From Perkinsela sp. CCAP 1560/9 (Eukaryota; Protista; Euglenozoa: Kinetoplastea): 64,000 nucleotides of DNA. The stretch is from positions 496,001 to 560,000 of the forward strand of contig CBFFSA010000009.1 in NCBI GenBank assembly GCA_965644495.1. Reading direction: 5' to 3'. Positions 11,082 to 23,397 of the stretch are shown in pieces. The notes under the pieces are model-generated. The model ran no database searches and was not told where the DNA came from. It saw nothing but the letters and a program-made list of their open reading frames with translations. Made by a program: the position numbers and the translations under genes. Numbering within the stretch: the first letter of the stretch is position 1; each line of letters opens with the position of its first letter.

Positions 11082-11951
11082 CTACTGATTGTTCACATCA
11101 CTGATTCTAACTTGCGTATCCGTGATCTGCAACGTCTGAAGACCAGCCGGAAGTTCGGACTTTTGCACGTCGCCACGCAAACTCGGATTCTTTGACAAAT
11201 CCAAGGATGCCATATTAGCAGGAAGATGCGTCAAGTCTACGTCCCCAAAAAACGCGTTGCTGGATAAAAGAAGATTCCTTAAACTCAATGGCAGGTGGTC
11301 GAGCTCGAGCGCACACGAAAAATTATTTTGCTCTACGTTAAGATTCTTGATCCTAGAGGGGAGCGACTTTTAATCAAGAGACCCCGTGAAACGATTTCGC
11401 TCGAGAAACAAATGCATCACGTCAGTGGGAAGCGTCGATAAGCACACATTACCTGAGAAAACGTTGTGTCCTAGATAGATGTACTTAATTTTCCGGGGTA
11501 GGGAAGTCAAGTCAACCTCTCCTTTGAATATATTACGACGCAGACTCAAAATGACTAGTTCCCAAGGTAGCTGATCGAAGGGTACCGAACCTGACAAAGC
11601 ATTGTCACTGACCTGCAAGGAATGGAGCATATGAGGAAGATCTTGAAAACTCATTTTTCCCAATAACTTGGAATTACTCCAGGAGATAGCTTCCACTTCA
11701 TTACGTTCATTACAACCCACACCTTCCCACTCACATGCTGGTGTGTCAGTGCACCATGATTTTTCTTCGTGGTGAACTTTTGCAGTGGCTCGTGCGAGTT
11801 GGTATTCTTGAGGTAAATTAGCAAATCTAACTTTTGCGGCGTGGACTTTCCCACTTCGGGTATTCTTTTTTGATGGTGGCTCGTCTTCATTCATTTTTCG
11901 ACGTTTACTGGATGGCTCCGGAATATCCGAGAATGAAGAAAGGGGGAGCAT
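11082..11951 (-). pseudogene. LRR protein gene with one in-frame TAA
   Basis: ORFs 11370-11951 and 11082-11288 are in the same frame, reading FTGSLD*KSLPSRI, with TAA at a consensus Leu position. Confidence 0.8.
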
Positions 11952-12204
11952 GTAAATAATAGAAAAAAACGGGTGTAAATGAACAACGACGGAATGGTGA
12001 CCATATAAAGTACTCCGTTATTTTTATGAGAGGAAGTGGGTGTCTTGTCCAATGTTTTAACAAAGCAAAATAAGAGGTTGAATCCCCATTGATTCTACAC
12101 AATAATTTAGTAGTTCAATACACTGTACTCTATGTGACATCTCGGACGATTGTTACTACACTCCTCTGTGGCGAAGACAGGACCGAAATCTTCACATCTT
12201 TGCA

Positions 12205-13029
12205 TTACAATACTTTGGATCTCACCCACTGCAACGGTTCTAACCACCACTGCGGGTCGCGTTGCAATTCCAGTTGAGATACCTTTCCACTCCCCGTCAT
12301 CAAGCCACCTCCCCACCGCTTCGTATTCTCAAAATCACGAGCCGGTGTACTCTCCAACACCGTACTACTCTCCCTCCCATCTTGCCTCATCCCCGTACTC
12401 TCCGACACCCCTCGCATCCCCCTCTGCCCAACCTCTCCCACGTTGCTCCACCCCCCTTCCTCCGTTTCTCTCCCTCCATAACCTCTCCCCCCACCCCTGT
12501 TCGCCTCACTGCCCCGGGGAGCGTGAGCGCTGCGCTCGGAGCCCTCCCGGGACAAACTCCGCAGCCCCCCCTCCTCGGGGTTCCCCGCATTCACCCACAT
12601 GGCAGGGAAACGACTCGAGTCGCCCCCGCGCTGGGAGAACCCCGCGCTCTCGTGTGTATTTGTCGTTTTCACATCCTTTTGAGGGGTCTGAACCCAAGGA
12701 TTGTTCAAAGGGGTTGGTTCAAAGGGGTTGTTAGGGGGGGGAGGCACCACGTAGGGCTGAACCCCAATGGAGTACCCGGGGATGAGCTCGGTGGCATGGA
12801 GCTCGAGCAGAGCCCGTGCCGCGGTGGGCTCGGGAAGGGTGAGATGGAGGAAATTGGCCCCCATGGTCTCGGGGTACTCCGTGGTGAATGGGGTGGGGAG
12901 GCCGGCGTTGTGGAGAGCGGTGCGTAGGGAGGAGAGCACGCTGTCGCACAGGGCCGGGGGGAAGCCGGAGATGGTGAGGTGGGTTGTGGTGGGGGGGTTG
13001 TGGTGGTGGTGCGGGGAGGGGTGGAACAT
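12205..13029 (-). CDS. Nup53/Nup35-like protein (MPPN-type RRM, C-terminal amphipathic helix)
   Basis: LTISGFPP...GANFLHL...ARALL.LHA..L...YSIGVQP resembles the Nup35 RRM; ends WWLEPLQWVRSKVL. Confidence 0.55.
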   Translation of the reverse strand: MFHPSPHHHHNPPTTTHLTISGFPPALCDSVLSSLRTALHNAGLPTPFTTEYPETMGANFLHLTLPEPTAARALLELHATELIPGYSIGVQPYVVPPPPNNPFEPTPLNNPWVQTPQKDVKTTNTHESAGFSQRGGDSSRFPAMWVNAGNPEEGGLRSLSREGSERSAHAPRGSEANRGGGRGYGGRETEEGGWSNVGEVGQRGMRGVSESTGMRQDGRESSTVLESTPARDFENTKRWGGGLMTGSGKVSQLELQRDPQWWLEPLQWVRSKVL

Positions 13030-13094
13030 GGAGGGCGAAGGGGGTTAAATTTGACGTTGTTGGGATAGGGAGGAGATTAAAGGTGTTTAAAATG

Positions 13095-14383
13095 TTACGA
13101 TTCGTGACAAAAACATTCGCAAGGTATACATGCAATTCGTACATTTGAAACCTTTTGTATTTTTTTCACTTCGAAAACACCACTGATGCGCGCTTCGCGT
13201 TGCAAACTACCTCCGAAAAAAAAGATATTCCACAAGTTTTCGATGGGGTTGAGATCCGGTGACTTTGCGGGCCAGGGGAGCGTTCGCACGTTTTGCTGCT
13301 GAAAAGTACGCCTTGCCAAGTTGTGCGCAGGGCAATTGTCCATAGCAACAACTGCACGGTGCCTGTGTAGGTAGTTCAAAAGACCATTACGCTTGGTCAT
13401 GGAAGCTTCGAAAACAGCCCCGTTCACAGTAACTCTATTTCCCTGCTCATCTCTATTAGGAAAAATGTGCAGATGAAATCCATGCTTTATGCTTACCCCC
13501 TTCCACACCATTATACCATCGCCCCCTACCCACGCTTCCAGCTCACCTAGCTGCTCTTTTACAGGGTCGGACCGTCGGCAAAGGTAGGTGTTTTTGGTAG
13601 CCTTCTTGCAGGTAAACTTTTTCTCATCACACCAAATAATATTATCAAGCTGGTGTTCGCTCCAGCCCGACATGTCCTTACAGAATCGGACTCTAACGTC
13701 TTTATGCTGTTGGGTTAGTCGTGGTTTACGCTGAACTACGCGGAGGATAATATCGGGCTTCAAAGCTCGAGCCAAAGTGCGTCTGGAACACTGAAACCCT
13801 CTGGATAGAAGTTCGCGATCTAGAGCGCACCATGATTCCACACCATAAGGAAGATCCCGTGTACCCTCATCTACTATGCGGAGTGCTTCTCCGATAAACA
13901 GTGATGTCCTAACTGTAAAATTCAGACGTCTGGGAATGCTTTCGACATCACCAGTTTCGCTGTAACGAATGACCCATCGCTTCACAGTGCTCTCCGCTAC
14001 TTCAAAGTGGCGTGCTGTAGCATTGTAGGACCCAGAACGAAAGTAATGGTCTACGAGAAGCATGCGATGCGACGGCCTTACCTTCCCAGGTGGTGAATAA
14101 GCATCTCTCTGGAAGGGAAACCGTGATGTTCGCGATCGTACACGTTTCTGAGGCATTAACGGAGCAAAAAAACTAAAAAAAGCCAAAAAAACTGAAAAAT
14201 TGCATCTTCGGGGAAAAATAAATTCCTTGTTTTTCTGTCATTTATCTCGAATGTCTAAAAACGGGAAACGGATGTTGCCATTACACCCGACTATTTGAGA
14301 GCTCTCGAATGCGCTATTACTTTCCAAAATTGGTCAAGTTTTACGAATTTTAGACCCCCCCACTCTGAAGGCGCCCATCCCTG
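13095..14383 (-). mobile_element. Tc1-like element, DD32E transposase (ORF about 14156-13095), one TIR retained, 3' end truncated
   Basis: HTH (ARHFEVAESTVKRWV), WCDEKKF, MDNCPAH, WPAKSPDLNPIENLW. The TIR ends CCCTG|TA at 14383 and is shared with MITE 30843-31586. Confidence 0.92.
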
Positions 14384-14399
14384 TATGTAAATATCGATA

Positions 14400-15150
14400 C
14401 AACAAAGTGCTACGCATCATCGCGAGAGCAGTTGCCGTCTCTCCCCGTACATCCTGGTCGTCCTTCGATCTTCTGAGTCTCAGGAACCCCCCGGGATGGT
14501 GCCGCCATCATGGTGGGACGATTTTGACACCACTGTGTCCCGATGGTCTGGCCCAACTCAATGACGGAACTGAGTATATCGTTGAGCTTACCGCCCCTTG
14601 GGAGGACAACTTTGCCGAAGATCACTGTCGCGAAACCGAAAAACACCAAAATTTGTTGCATCGGTGGCGGATGACCCACCCAAACACGTATTTTCTATGC
14701 GCGGAGGTGGGCGCGAGAGGTCTTCCGGCTTCTTCTCTTACCGTATATCCCCCAGTAATAGAATCAGTTTTGGACCCAAATGGCCCATCTCTGTTACTTG
14801 CGGGGATATGCTTTTTTTTTGGGGGAAAAGACCTTTTTTGTTCATATGTGCGTTGACTTTCTGCCCAGTCAACCCCGCAACTACGCCATTCGCTCCCGCG
14901 CAACCACCGTCATCCGGCCCAGCGACCCCCACCCGACCAAACACCCCCTCCCCCCTCCAACCACCCTCCCCAGCCAATGCTCTGTTACTGGGGATCAGCC
15001 CAAAAATGGCCAAATCTCTGGTACCGGGGGGTATATGGTAGACAGTTAACCCGCCTTTTTGGGGATGTAAACCGGTTCTCCATGTCGTGCCAATATGCCT
15101 TCGTTCTTTGGCTCATCCGTGAGTCTCCCGAATGGAAAGGGGGCGGATGG
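14400..15150 (+). pseudogene. RLE non-LTR retrotransposon 3' relic interrupted by a MITE
   Basis: PDGLAQ...IVELTAPWE...EVGARG; the frame resumes (SLRQLTRLF...LWLIRE) after removing MITE 14741-15038 and one TA. Confidence 0.8.
14741..15038. mobile_element. MITE (CCGTATACCCCCC TIR, TA TSD; Tc1/pogo-type)
   Basis: TA-CCGTATATCCCCCAGTAA ... GGGGGGTATATGG-TA; homologous to 48254-48527 and 21635-21870. Confidence 0.85.
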
Positions 15151-15475
15151 GCTAGAAACAACGCCCATGCGAGATCGTCGTATGCGATATTGACATACAG
15201 GGTGTACATTACTCTACAGATTTTTCTGCATTGAATAAAATAGATGCATGTTCCGAAACATTTTGTTTTTGCATGTTACATGATTTTCTTGCATGTTACA
15301 TGATTTTTCTTGCATGTTATATGATGTATTATGAAATGGTACGTGCTGATTAAGGAGGTAGTGCCTTTTGCCAATGCATTTTGACATGTTTCTTCCCATA
15401 GAAACGGGCCATGGGACATTCCTGTTCAACGGCTTTGCCCAATGTCTCAATTTGCTTGGTCGTCGCCGCTGGCGC

Positions 15476-16222
15476 CTAAACCTGGACGTGGACCTCAGAC
15501 CCCTTGACGTCAAAGCGAATGTCCTCGACCTTGACATTCATACGAGACGCGATTTGATGGGCATGACTGGTTGAGCACATTTCCAACATCTTGTTGAAAA
15601 GTGCGCTAAAAGGACTGAACCGTCCAGGCGACTGACTTCCTCCACTGGCGTCATTTGCCGATCCTGAAGAAGCGCTCGATCCAGAATTCTTCACTGAAAA
15701 TGGCGAACTCGCCGCGCTCGTATGAAATAAGGAGCTAAATCGAGATGATTTCACGAATGTTTTTTGTGTTCCTGGTGCACCGGGGCGAAGGATATCCGTT
15801 AGACTACTTACTAAAGGCTTTTGTTTGTACGACGCAGAACGTGGCCCTTCTGTATCAGCCAGGTATCTCCAAGCAGATTTTACGGCTTCTTTCGCCATAC
15901 TGAGCTCACGAGGAGCAAACTGAGCCAAGAATCTTGGGGTCTGTATAGAATCTCGAGTTGAACCAATCTTGTTTAAATAACTGCGAAGAGAGGGGTGATT
16001 GCGCAATCCTTGCACAGTCTCCTTGAACATTTGTGGCACTCCTCTCACCCATTGAAAGAAAGCATCAAAGTCACGTACCTGTTCAGTTTTCTGATGTCCA
16101 GTACCAGTATAGAATACTCGAGCTATCATGTATGGGCGACCATAGCCCTGCGTTGAAAGCTTGAAATAACGGCATGGTGACTCGGCAAGAGATTTAGTAC
16201 ATTGCCGGCTCACGTAAATCAT
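15476..16222 (-). CDS. hypothetical protein
   Basis: 248-aa ATG-initiated ORF co-oriented with host genes; no recognised motif. Confidence 0.55.
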   Translation of the reverse strand: MIYVSRQCTKSLAESPCRYFKLSTQGYGRPYMIARVFYTGTGHQKTEQVRDFDAFFQWVRGVPQMFKETVQGLRNHPSLRSYLNKIGSTRDSIQTPRFLAQFAPRELSMAKEAVKSAWRYLADTEGPRSASYKQKPLVSSLTDILRPGAPGTQKTFVKSSRFSSLFHTSAASSPFSVKNSGSSASSGSANDASGGSQSPGRFSPFSALFNKMLEMCSTSHAHQIASRMNVKVEDIRFDVKGSEVHVQV

Positions 16223-16981
16223 TTTCGTCGGGCAGTATTACCCAAAACGCTGAATTCCTCAAATGCTTTTTCGTAAAATTTGTTTTAGTTTTTGCGAGAA
16301 ATTTATATTAATCAATGATTACTCTTCATCTAAATAATATGTCCTAGATAGTGTCTTTACCAAAGGGAGATCTGAACTAAAGGACAAACCCTTTTACCAT
16401 TTGCGATTACACCCCTGCTAATATATTTCTGTAAACGAGACATTTTGTAAATGGGACAAAAACTAGGTAAAACGGTTTCCAAACGGTAGTCTATGGTCAC
16501 CATACGACAAAGCAAGAATCGTGACCAAAGCAAAACAAATGTAATCGTCTAGTAATTTTCTAGTCCTACAACAAATTCAATGAGCTCCGGACAGAAAACG
16601 TTGAATCCTAAAATAGTATTAAGAATATTTAGAATAGGTGTAACTAAGTATATACTACAAACAACAAACAATAAAAGTAAAATAAGTAATCCAGGCCCAA
16701 TCCATTCGCGCGTTCCGGACCGGGTCTTTCGACCCGTTTTTTTTTGGGTGGGCAAAAATGGTAGGCATAAATTAGAGAATTTGTTTTCAATTTGAAAATG
16801 GTAATATGAATAGATTTCTGTTTTAAACGTTTAGGCATATTTACGAAATATAGTAATACGAAAACGAGGTTCTCACTTTCTACGCTATGTTTCGATTTCC
16901 GACTTGCTGCTGCGATGGTGAAAGGCTACAACATACTGTGCTCCCCCCCACTTAATTGTCGTAGCCCCACCCCCCACTTAA

Positions 16982-18250
16982 TTGTCGTTTTTGACGAGAC
17001 TGGGCAGGAGGCGCCGCGAAGTGAATCTAAGAGCACTATTCAAAGTTGCCCGGAGCAAGAAAAACTTTGCGAGGTTCATTGCTGAACATGAAAACGAAGT
17101 ACACGAGGTAGTTCAGCAAGAATGCCTAGCACTGGAGAAGAATTTCAAGCAACGCCCTAAAGGTGCATGGAGTATGATCAAAGGCGTGATTGGTAACGAA
17201 AAAACTACGCTACGAGTCGAAGACCGATCAACGACGGAAAAAGCTGCGCAACATAGAAGAGCATTTCTCAAAAATTTACAGCAAGCCAGATGCGAGTGTG
17301 GAAGGACTTTTCGAAAAAGTGGTGGGTATCAACATATCCGACGAACCTTTTACATTACAAGAACTAGTTGCTGCGCTATCCAAAATGGCTCGAGGAAAAG
17401 CGACTTGGTCAGACGAGATTCCCTAGGAGGTGCTCTGCTATGGCGGAACATGAAGTCCTATGTACGGTCTTGCTGCAACTCGTAAATGAAGTTTATTATT
17501 CCGGGAAAGTGCCGGTGTCTTGGCGTGAAATTCTTCATGTTCCAATACCCAAGAAAGGGGGTCTAACAATACTGAAAAACTGGCGAGCAATCTTCTTAAC
17601 AAATCATATATTGGCTAAATAATTTAAAATACTGCCTAAAGCTGGTAAATAAATTGGTCTTAGAGCGTATTCAACCGAGCACAGAACCAAATTTAAGAGG
17701 CAACCAATTCGGTTTTAGACCCCTGAGCTCTACTGTTGCTGCTCAAGCAATTCTTACGGAAGTCATAGAGAAGGCATTGGGCGGCTCTGAAAATATCTTT
17801 CTAGGCTTTATCGACTTTCAAAGCGCTTTTCCTTCTCACTATTAGGGAAGCCTTGAAAGCATTTTCCGTTCCGCCAGTGCTCACTAGAATAATTTTAGCG
17901 ACCTATGAATCGCCTACAGGATACCTGCGGGAATACAAAGAGTTTCGAAATTTCTTCCGGAGTTCTGCAAGGCGACGTGCTTGCACCTTTTCTTTTTATC
18001 ATGTGCCTTGACAGAATTCTGGATAGAGCTCTGCAAGGCCCAGATTTTGGGTTGACTCTTTTTTCTACTGGAACGAAAAGCCGTAGAAGATCAAAACTTC
18101 GTATTACAGACATTGATTATGCCGATGATGTTGTGTTCTTTGCATCCAGTCGCGAAACACCGCAAAAATATGATGTGGGCTCTTGTAGAGGTGGCAAAAC
18201 ACGCAGGTTTGAAATGTAATGTCGCTCCTTCTAAAACGGCGGTTTGTATT
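16982..18250 (+). pseudogene. decayed non-LTR retrotransposon reverse transcriptase
   Basis: Across frameshifted ORFs: EPFTLQEL, IPKKG..NWRAI, NQFGFRP, FIDFQSAF, GVLQGDVLAPFLF, DIDYADD. Confidence 0.9.
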
Positions 18251-18859
18251 TTTTTTATCCACCCTCAAAAGATAGAGTGGTTTTTTTGAGATATCTTTAG
18301 ATGGGCCCGAACAGCACCCGGAAGACGAGCCCCTAAGGGGAACTTCATACCGCATTTCGGGTCGGGCACCGCTCATCTGCGGCTTGCAACTAGCCCATGA
18401 TAACGGGGCTAGGGTCAGAATTCGGAGAGATACGAGCTCGTTGAAGTTGAGGTTTAGCCCTTTGAAGCTGAGGAGCCGAGTCCACTCGAGGGTATAACAC
18501 CCTAGAAGACTTGGTCCGTTGAAGCTGAGGAGTCCAAACCGTTGAAGCTGAGATTCGAGACTCCTGAATTATGCCAGCAAGCCGTTCGAGCTAATCTCTC
18601 CTTCGGGAGACATGGGGCGTTCGGGACGAACTGGTTCAACACCCAGTTCGCCCCAAATATCGGGAGCTCAGCTCCCCGGGGAAGGATGTCCTTGGAACAG
18701 CGGAATAACGTATGTAGTCGCATTATTGCGATTACGTATGATATCCGAACTCGCAAGAGATCGGATGGTTCAGCGGCCTAGGTACACCTTCCCCCAAGCT
18801 ACCTCGGCCTTCTCCGGGGAGGCTACATCTCAAGTAGGGATAAATGCCTGTGTTTCTAT

Positions 18860-19281
18860 CTATCTATCTCTATTCGCAAAAAAACCGAAAAAATGATAAA
18901 ACGTTCACTTTTTTGGATAATTTTGGGGCGAAAATTACGCAACAATTTCCCATGACGCCACATCAGCTTCAATGGGGGCAACGATGGCACCAGTAGCATT
19001 CAAATTTCGAGATCTGTTATCAAAGAAATTACTGCCCGCACTCCCCGAAGCGCACCCGGCCAGAACCCACCCGTTTAAGCGCACATAATGTTGAGGTGGA
19101 CATCGAGCTGGCTCATAGGGAGACACGACAACCGAATTGTTTTTTACTAGTGATTCAGAATCCTGTTTAAGCACACTTTTCACCAAAGACCAGGTGCGCT
19201 TAAACGGATGGGGGACAGTACTTCAAAACCTCGCACGATACAAATTACTAGACCCCCCACCTTTTTCATGAATCCCCTGTG
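18860..19281 (-). mobile_element. relic left end of the Tc1 family seen at 37046, split by a ~200-bp insertion
   Basis: 18940-19025 and 19228-19281 match the reverse complement of 37046-37190. Confidence 0.6.
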
Positions 19282-19427
19282 TAAGGGGTGACATCGCTCT
19301 GACAACTCGAACAAACTTCACTACAACCTGAAGGGGGTCTGAATGAGTACCACCATTACGACGTACAGTACGTCCACTCTTTCTTATTCTCCTCAACAAT
19401 CCCTCCCCATCCGATGTTTCAGCACCA

Positions 19428-20423
19428 TCAAAACCCCATCCCCCATGCATTCTTCCGCTTCCCAAAACAATGCCCCGGAATCGCACCCTCCCGCTCCGGA
19501 ATCCCACTCCACCACGAATCACTCGCCACCGTACGATTCACCTCACATCGCATCGGGGCCGCTTTCTCCCCCGCCGCACGAACCGGCACCGGCACCGGAT
19601 CCCAATGCCCCGTTTCAAACACCGTCTCCGGAAGTAGCCCCGTGTTCTGCAAACCCCCGCGCCGGTCTTGCGTTGTAGGGTCCGTTGTATTTCTCCCTCC
19701 CCCCTCCACCCACCCACACAGGCACGGCCGGGTGTTCACCCCCCAGTACCTCTCCAACGGTTTCAGCAACTCCCACGCGGGGCGATTCGGTCGGTAGTAG
19801 TGAAACAGTACCGCATCTTTTCGTTCCTTCACCAACCCCCCCAGACTCGACCCCGGGCAGCAATGCCCGTGGGGGGTTTGAAGACACACCGCGTTGCATA
19901 GGAGGGTGAGATCGGGCGACACGAACGCATACAGCTCGAACACGGCGGCAATGCGAGCGGAGAGCCTGCCGTAGTGCATGAGGTAGTCCGTGGTGGGTAG
20001 GGGGGTACCGGTCCAGTGCGGGGGTCCCCACTCGTTGGGGTTAGGCCCCAGTAGGGTTCGAACCTCGGGAAGGAGATACACCATCCCGGGGAGAAGGTGC
20101 TGTATGGTTTTAGGGTTCATAGGGCTATTGTGATTGTTACTATGACTATTATTATTATTGGTATTATTACTATTATCATCATTATTTACATTCCCCTGTG
20201 GCTCCTCGAACTCCGGATGAAAGTCTTGGAGAAGTAACGGCACGGTGACGCGTCGGGCGAGATCGAGGAGCTGGAAGTAACTGCCCGCGGCATGTTGGTG
20301 GATGTCGGGGGATCGCGGGGGGAGACATTTCCAGGGGAGGCGGTGGTGCTCGATTTGGTACGGGTAGCGTGCGGTGGTGCGGAGGGTGCGGTTGAGGAGG
20401 GTGGTGGTGGGGGAGAGTGGCAT
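19428..20423 (-). CDS. hypothetical protein, likely mitochondrial (presequence-like N-terminus, Asn-rich insert)
   Basis: 331-aa ORF starting MPLSPTTTLLNRTLRTTAR; complex globular-looking sequence (FHYYRPNRP); family not recognised. Confidence 0.7.
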   Translation of the reverse strand: MPLSPTTTLLNRTLRTTARYPYQIEHHRLPWKCLPPRSPDIHQHAAGSYFQLLDLARRVTVPLLLQDFHPEFEEPQGNVNNDDNSNNTNNNNSHSNNHNSPMNPKTIQHLLPGMVYLLPEVRTLLGPNPNEWGPPHWTGTPLPTTDYLMHYGRLSARIAAVFELYAFVSPDLTLLCNAVCLQTPHGHCCPGSSLGGLVKERKDAVLFHYYRPNRPAWELLKPLERYWGVNTRPCLCGWVEGGGRNTTDPTTQDRRGGLQNTGLLPETVFETGHWDPVPVPVRAAGEKAAPMRCEVNRTVASDSWWSGIPEREGAIPGHCFGKRKNAWGMGF

Positions 20424-21372
20424 GGGGGAAAGAGGAAAGGATAAGGGGGGGGGTGTTAATTTGAAATGAGTTAGTAAAAGAAATTGTATTTATGCGATGG
20501 AAAAATATTTTTAATGTTTGTAATCTACAAAGGAAAATCGAGAAAAAAAACTCGCAAGTGGGGGTCAGCATTTTTTCAGAAAGAGAAACATGCCTTTCTC
20601 GAAAGTCTGTGACATCTGAATGATCGAAATGCGAGTGTCGAATCGACACCCTCACTCGGCGCATGGCTTGGAAGAGACCGAGTTGCTGCTTCTGAATGAC
20701 GCCATGATCGGGATATTGCAGAAGTATTACTTGCACGGATTGGTTGTTGCATCGACGTCAGCAGCTTTTAAGCGTATCAGAAACGTGCTCACTTTGTGAA
20801 GTGCCAATCGATGAGACTATCCTGCTTGAGGCACTGGTTATGATGGCAAAGGCCAGTGACACGGGACTCATGTTCTCCAAAGATGCCCTGAAATCTGAAC
20901 TTCGTGGCGTTAATGAGTAAGTAATGGACAATTTTTGGCGATGGAACAGTCCGGAGGGCAAGTGGAAACTTGTTATACAAGATTCGCCTGTGGAATCGTT
21001 GGCTAAGGATATGAGTGACTTCCTTGGGTATGAGATGGAGATACTCCTTGGTGGAAAGTATGAACATTCTCCTCACTCCCTAGAAGCCATGGCAGAATGG
21101 TTCGCACTACGTGGCGAAGTTTGCGTGGGGACACGGTGGAAGCAAATAAAAAGCGCCGCAAACGTCAGCGAGACCTGAAGCAAGTCGTTTGGGGAACGCA
21201 AGTGAAGGCAAAAAAAGGTGCTGATGAAATTGCTGCTCTACACCAGCAAGTGCATGTTCTTGAAAGAAAAGTTAAGAAGTTAGAGCATGATCATCAGAGG
21301 ATGTATGAAAAGGTGTGAATTTTTGGGATGCCATGTCATGCTTTGGAGAGTTTGAAGTTCCATGAAGGTATA

Positions 21373-22337
21373 CAGTAAACGTCACTATTCTGAGAGTCGC
21401 TAAAAATGAGAATTGGGCTGTCAACGTACAACTGGCTAAAATGAGAATGCACCTTGGAAAATGAGAATGGAGCTTCGGTCATGGGACAACGGTCAATTCA
21501 ATTTTACACTCAAAGATGAGAATTGAAAAAAAACGCTTTCGTTCCCTCACTGATTATTAATCAGTGATTAACTCACTGCTTCATCTTCGCTTACTGGAGA
21601 GTATGCGAGAGATCAGTGGAAATCACTGGGGATACCGTATACTCCCCCAGTAATGGACCCCCCAGTAGCAGATATTTCGCCATTTTTGGGCCGACACACA
21701 GTAACAAGGATTTGTCTCGGGGCGGGGGGGGGGGGTTGGAGGGGGGGTGTCTGGACGGGATGAGGGTGGTTGTGCAGTAGCGAATCGCGTGGTTTCGGGG
21801 TTGGCTGGACAGCAAATCAACGCACTCATGAACGAAAAAGGCCTTCGCCCACCGATTGGGGTCACAGAGGATCACTTGAGATCATTTTTATCGTTGTCCC
21901 TTCTCTTCTTCCATTCATGAAAGGCATATAAATGTCTGTGAGACCAAAAAAAGAAAAGAAAACACTGATTTAGGTGACTACGAGTAATGAAACTTTGTTT
22001 TTCTGAAAACAAAACGCTAATACACAAAAGGAAAACTGGCGCTGTTTGACTGCGCGGTGTTCTTCTGATAGAGCGGGGACTCCGCAAACCAAGGAGATAG
22101 TTGGAGATCTCTGGGGGTCGTTTTTGTGCACCCAAAGCGGCCTGTTGCTCCGCTGCTAACATTTTTCTTGCAAAACGTTTTCTTTTTTAAAAATGAGAAT
22201 TATGATTTGACCTCATAAAAAAGTGCCTGTCAACGTTCAATAGACCAATTCTGAGAATAGTGACGAAAAACGACAAAAAAGCCGTTTTTTCTGTGTCAAC
22301 GTACAACTGAGTATTCTGAGAATAGTGACGTTTACTG
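21373..22337. mobile_element. MITE with CAGTAAACGTCACTATTCT TIRs, TA TSD, subterminal repeats
   Basis: TA-CAGTAAACGTCACTATTCT ... AGAATAGTGACGTTTACTG-TA; repeated AAATGAGAAT and GTCAACGTACAACTG motifs. Confidence 0.85.
21635..21870. mobile_element. nested partial copy of the CCGTATA MITE
   Basis: Reverse-oriented homologue of 48254-48527. Confidence 0.7.
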
Positions 22338-23397
22338 TACTCAAGATGGATTACGTCCGACATAGAAAGGCAGTTTTCGCAGTCATAAGAAGTGTCCTGT
22401 TTGTAAAGCTACAAACAACGTGTATATAACGTATAGTGAGTATTGTAGCTATTAGAAATACTCATCTTTTTTGGCCTCTTGACCTCTGAATCAGACTGAT
22501 CTATCAGACTGATAGATACAATGTATTTCCAGTGTAATTCACCATTATTGAAAATCAAGTAATCCATTATGTCTTAAAACTGAAATCATTTTGTCATATA
22601 GTGTGTACACAGTGTCCCGTATATATAGTGTGTACACAGTGGTCTCTTACTATGTCGGTATTCAAATTTAACATATTCTGTATATCCTATTGCATATTAT
22701 ATTTTTGGGCCCTATTAAAAACTAACTGTACTAACTTACGAGATCTCTCGAATGCTGCAAAAATGAGAAAAAACGGATAAAAAAAATGGCATTTGCCAGG
22801 CCGGGGGCACACTTCTGTCCATGGCTGTATATACGGTAATATTCAAGTTTTTTGAAAAGGATTTTCTATATACAAGGATTTTCTATATTCTGTATGTTAA
22901 TGTTGAATTACTGTCGCCGGCTTACATATTTCCTGCATATTGAAGACAATTAACTTGACAAAAAAAATAGAAACAACCAAATGTATTAAACATTGTGTCC
23001 AAATGTATTAGACATTGTGTAATCATGCGTGTTAGATTACCGTCTTGTATTCATCACATAAAAAAGAACAAAAAGTTTTCAGAAAAATTACGAAAAATTG
23101 AAAAAGGAGATTTTTTTTCCACTGGCCCACCGGAAGTCTACACCCCCCAAACAATACAATATTTTTAGCAATCGTTTCGTCTATTGTATTTTGAGAGTTT
23201 GGGACCTATACGAGCTTTCTATACCGTCGTTTTCACAAGATACGCCTTCTTGGAGTTGTAGAATGTCTCCTAAAATGACACACCAAAAAAAAGGTATCCA
23301 CCCAAAACCTGGCAAAACCCGACAAAATTTGACAGGTTTCAACCCTCTAAATAGATCATTGGAAATTCTTTCCATGTACCATTATTCCAATTCGTCC

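Noticed and set aside
11370-11372. Stop-codon reassignment, as in Blastocrithidia
   Set aside because: A single TAA at a Leu position; conserved genes contain no in-frame stops and end normally.
15265-15325. Short tandem duplications (CATGTTACATGATTTTCTTG; also 22597-22642, 22857-22890, 22978-23020)
   Set aside because: Ordinary local slippage duplications with no further structure.
20760-21320. Plus-strand ORF fragments (also 28077-28307, 35246-36420)
   Set aside because: Short, broken, opposite to the gene cluster and with no recognisable motif; possibly TE cargo but unsupported.
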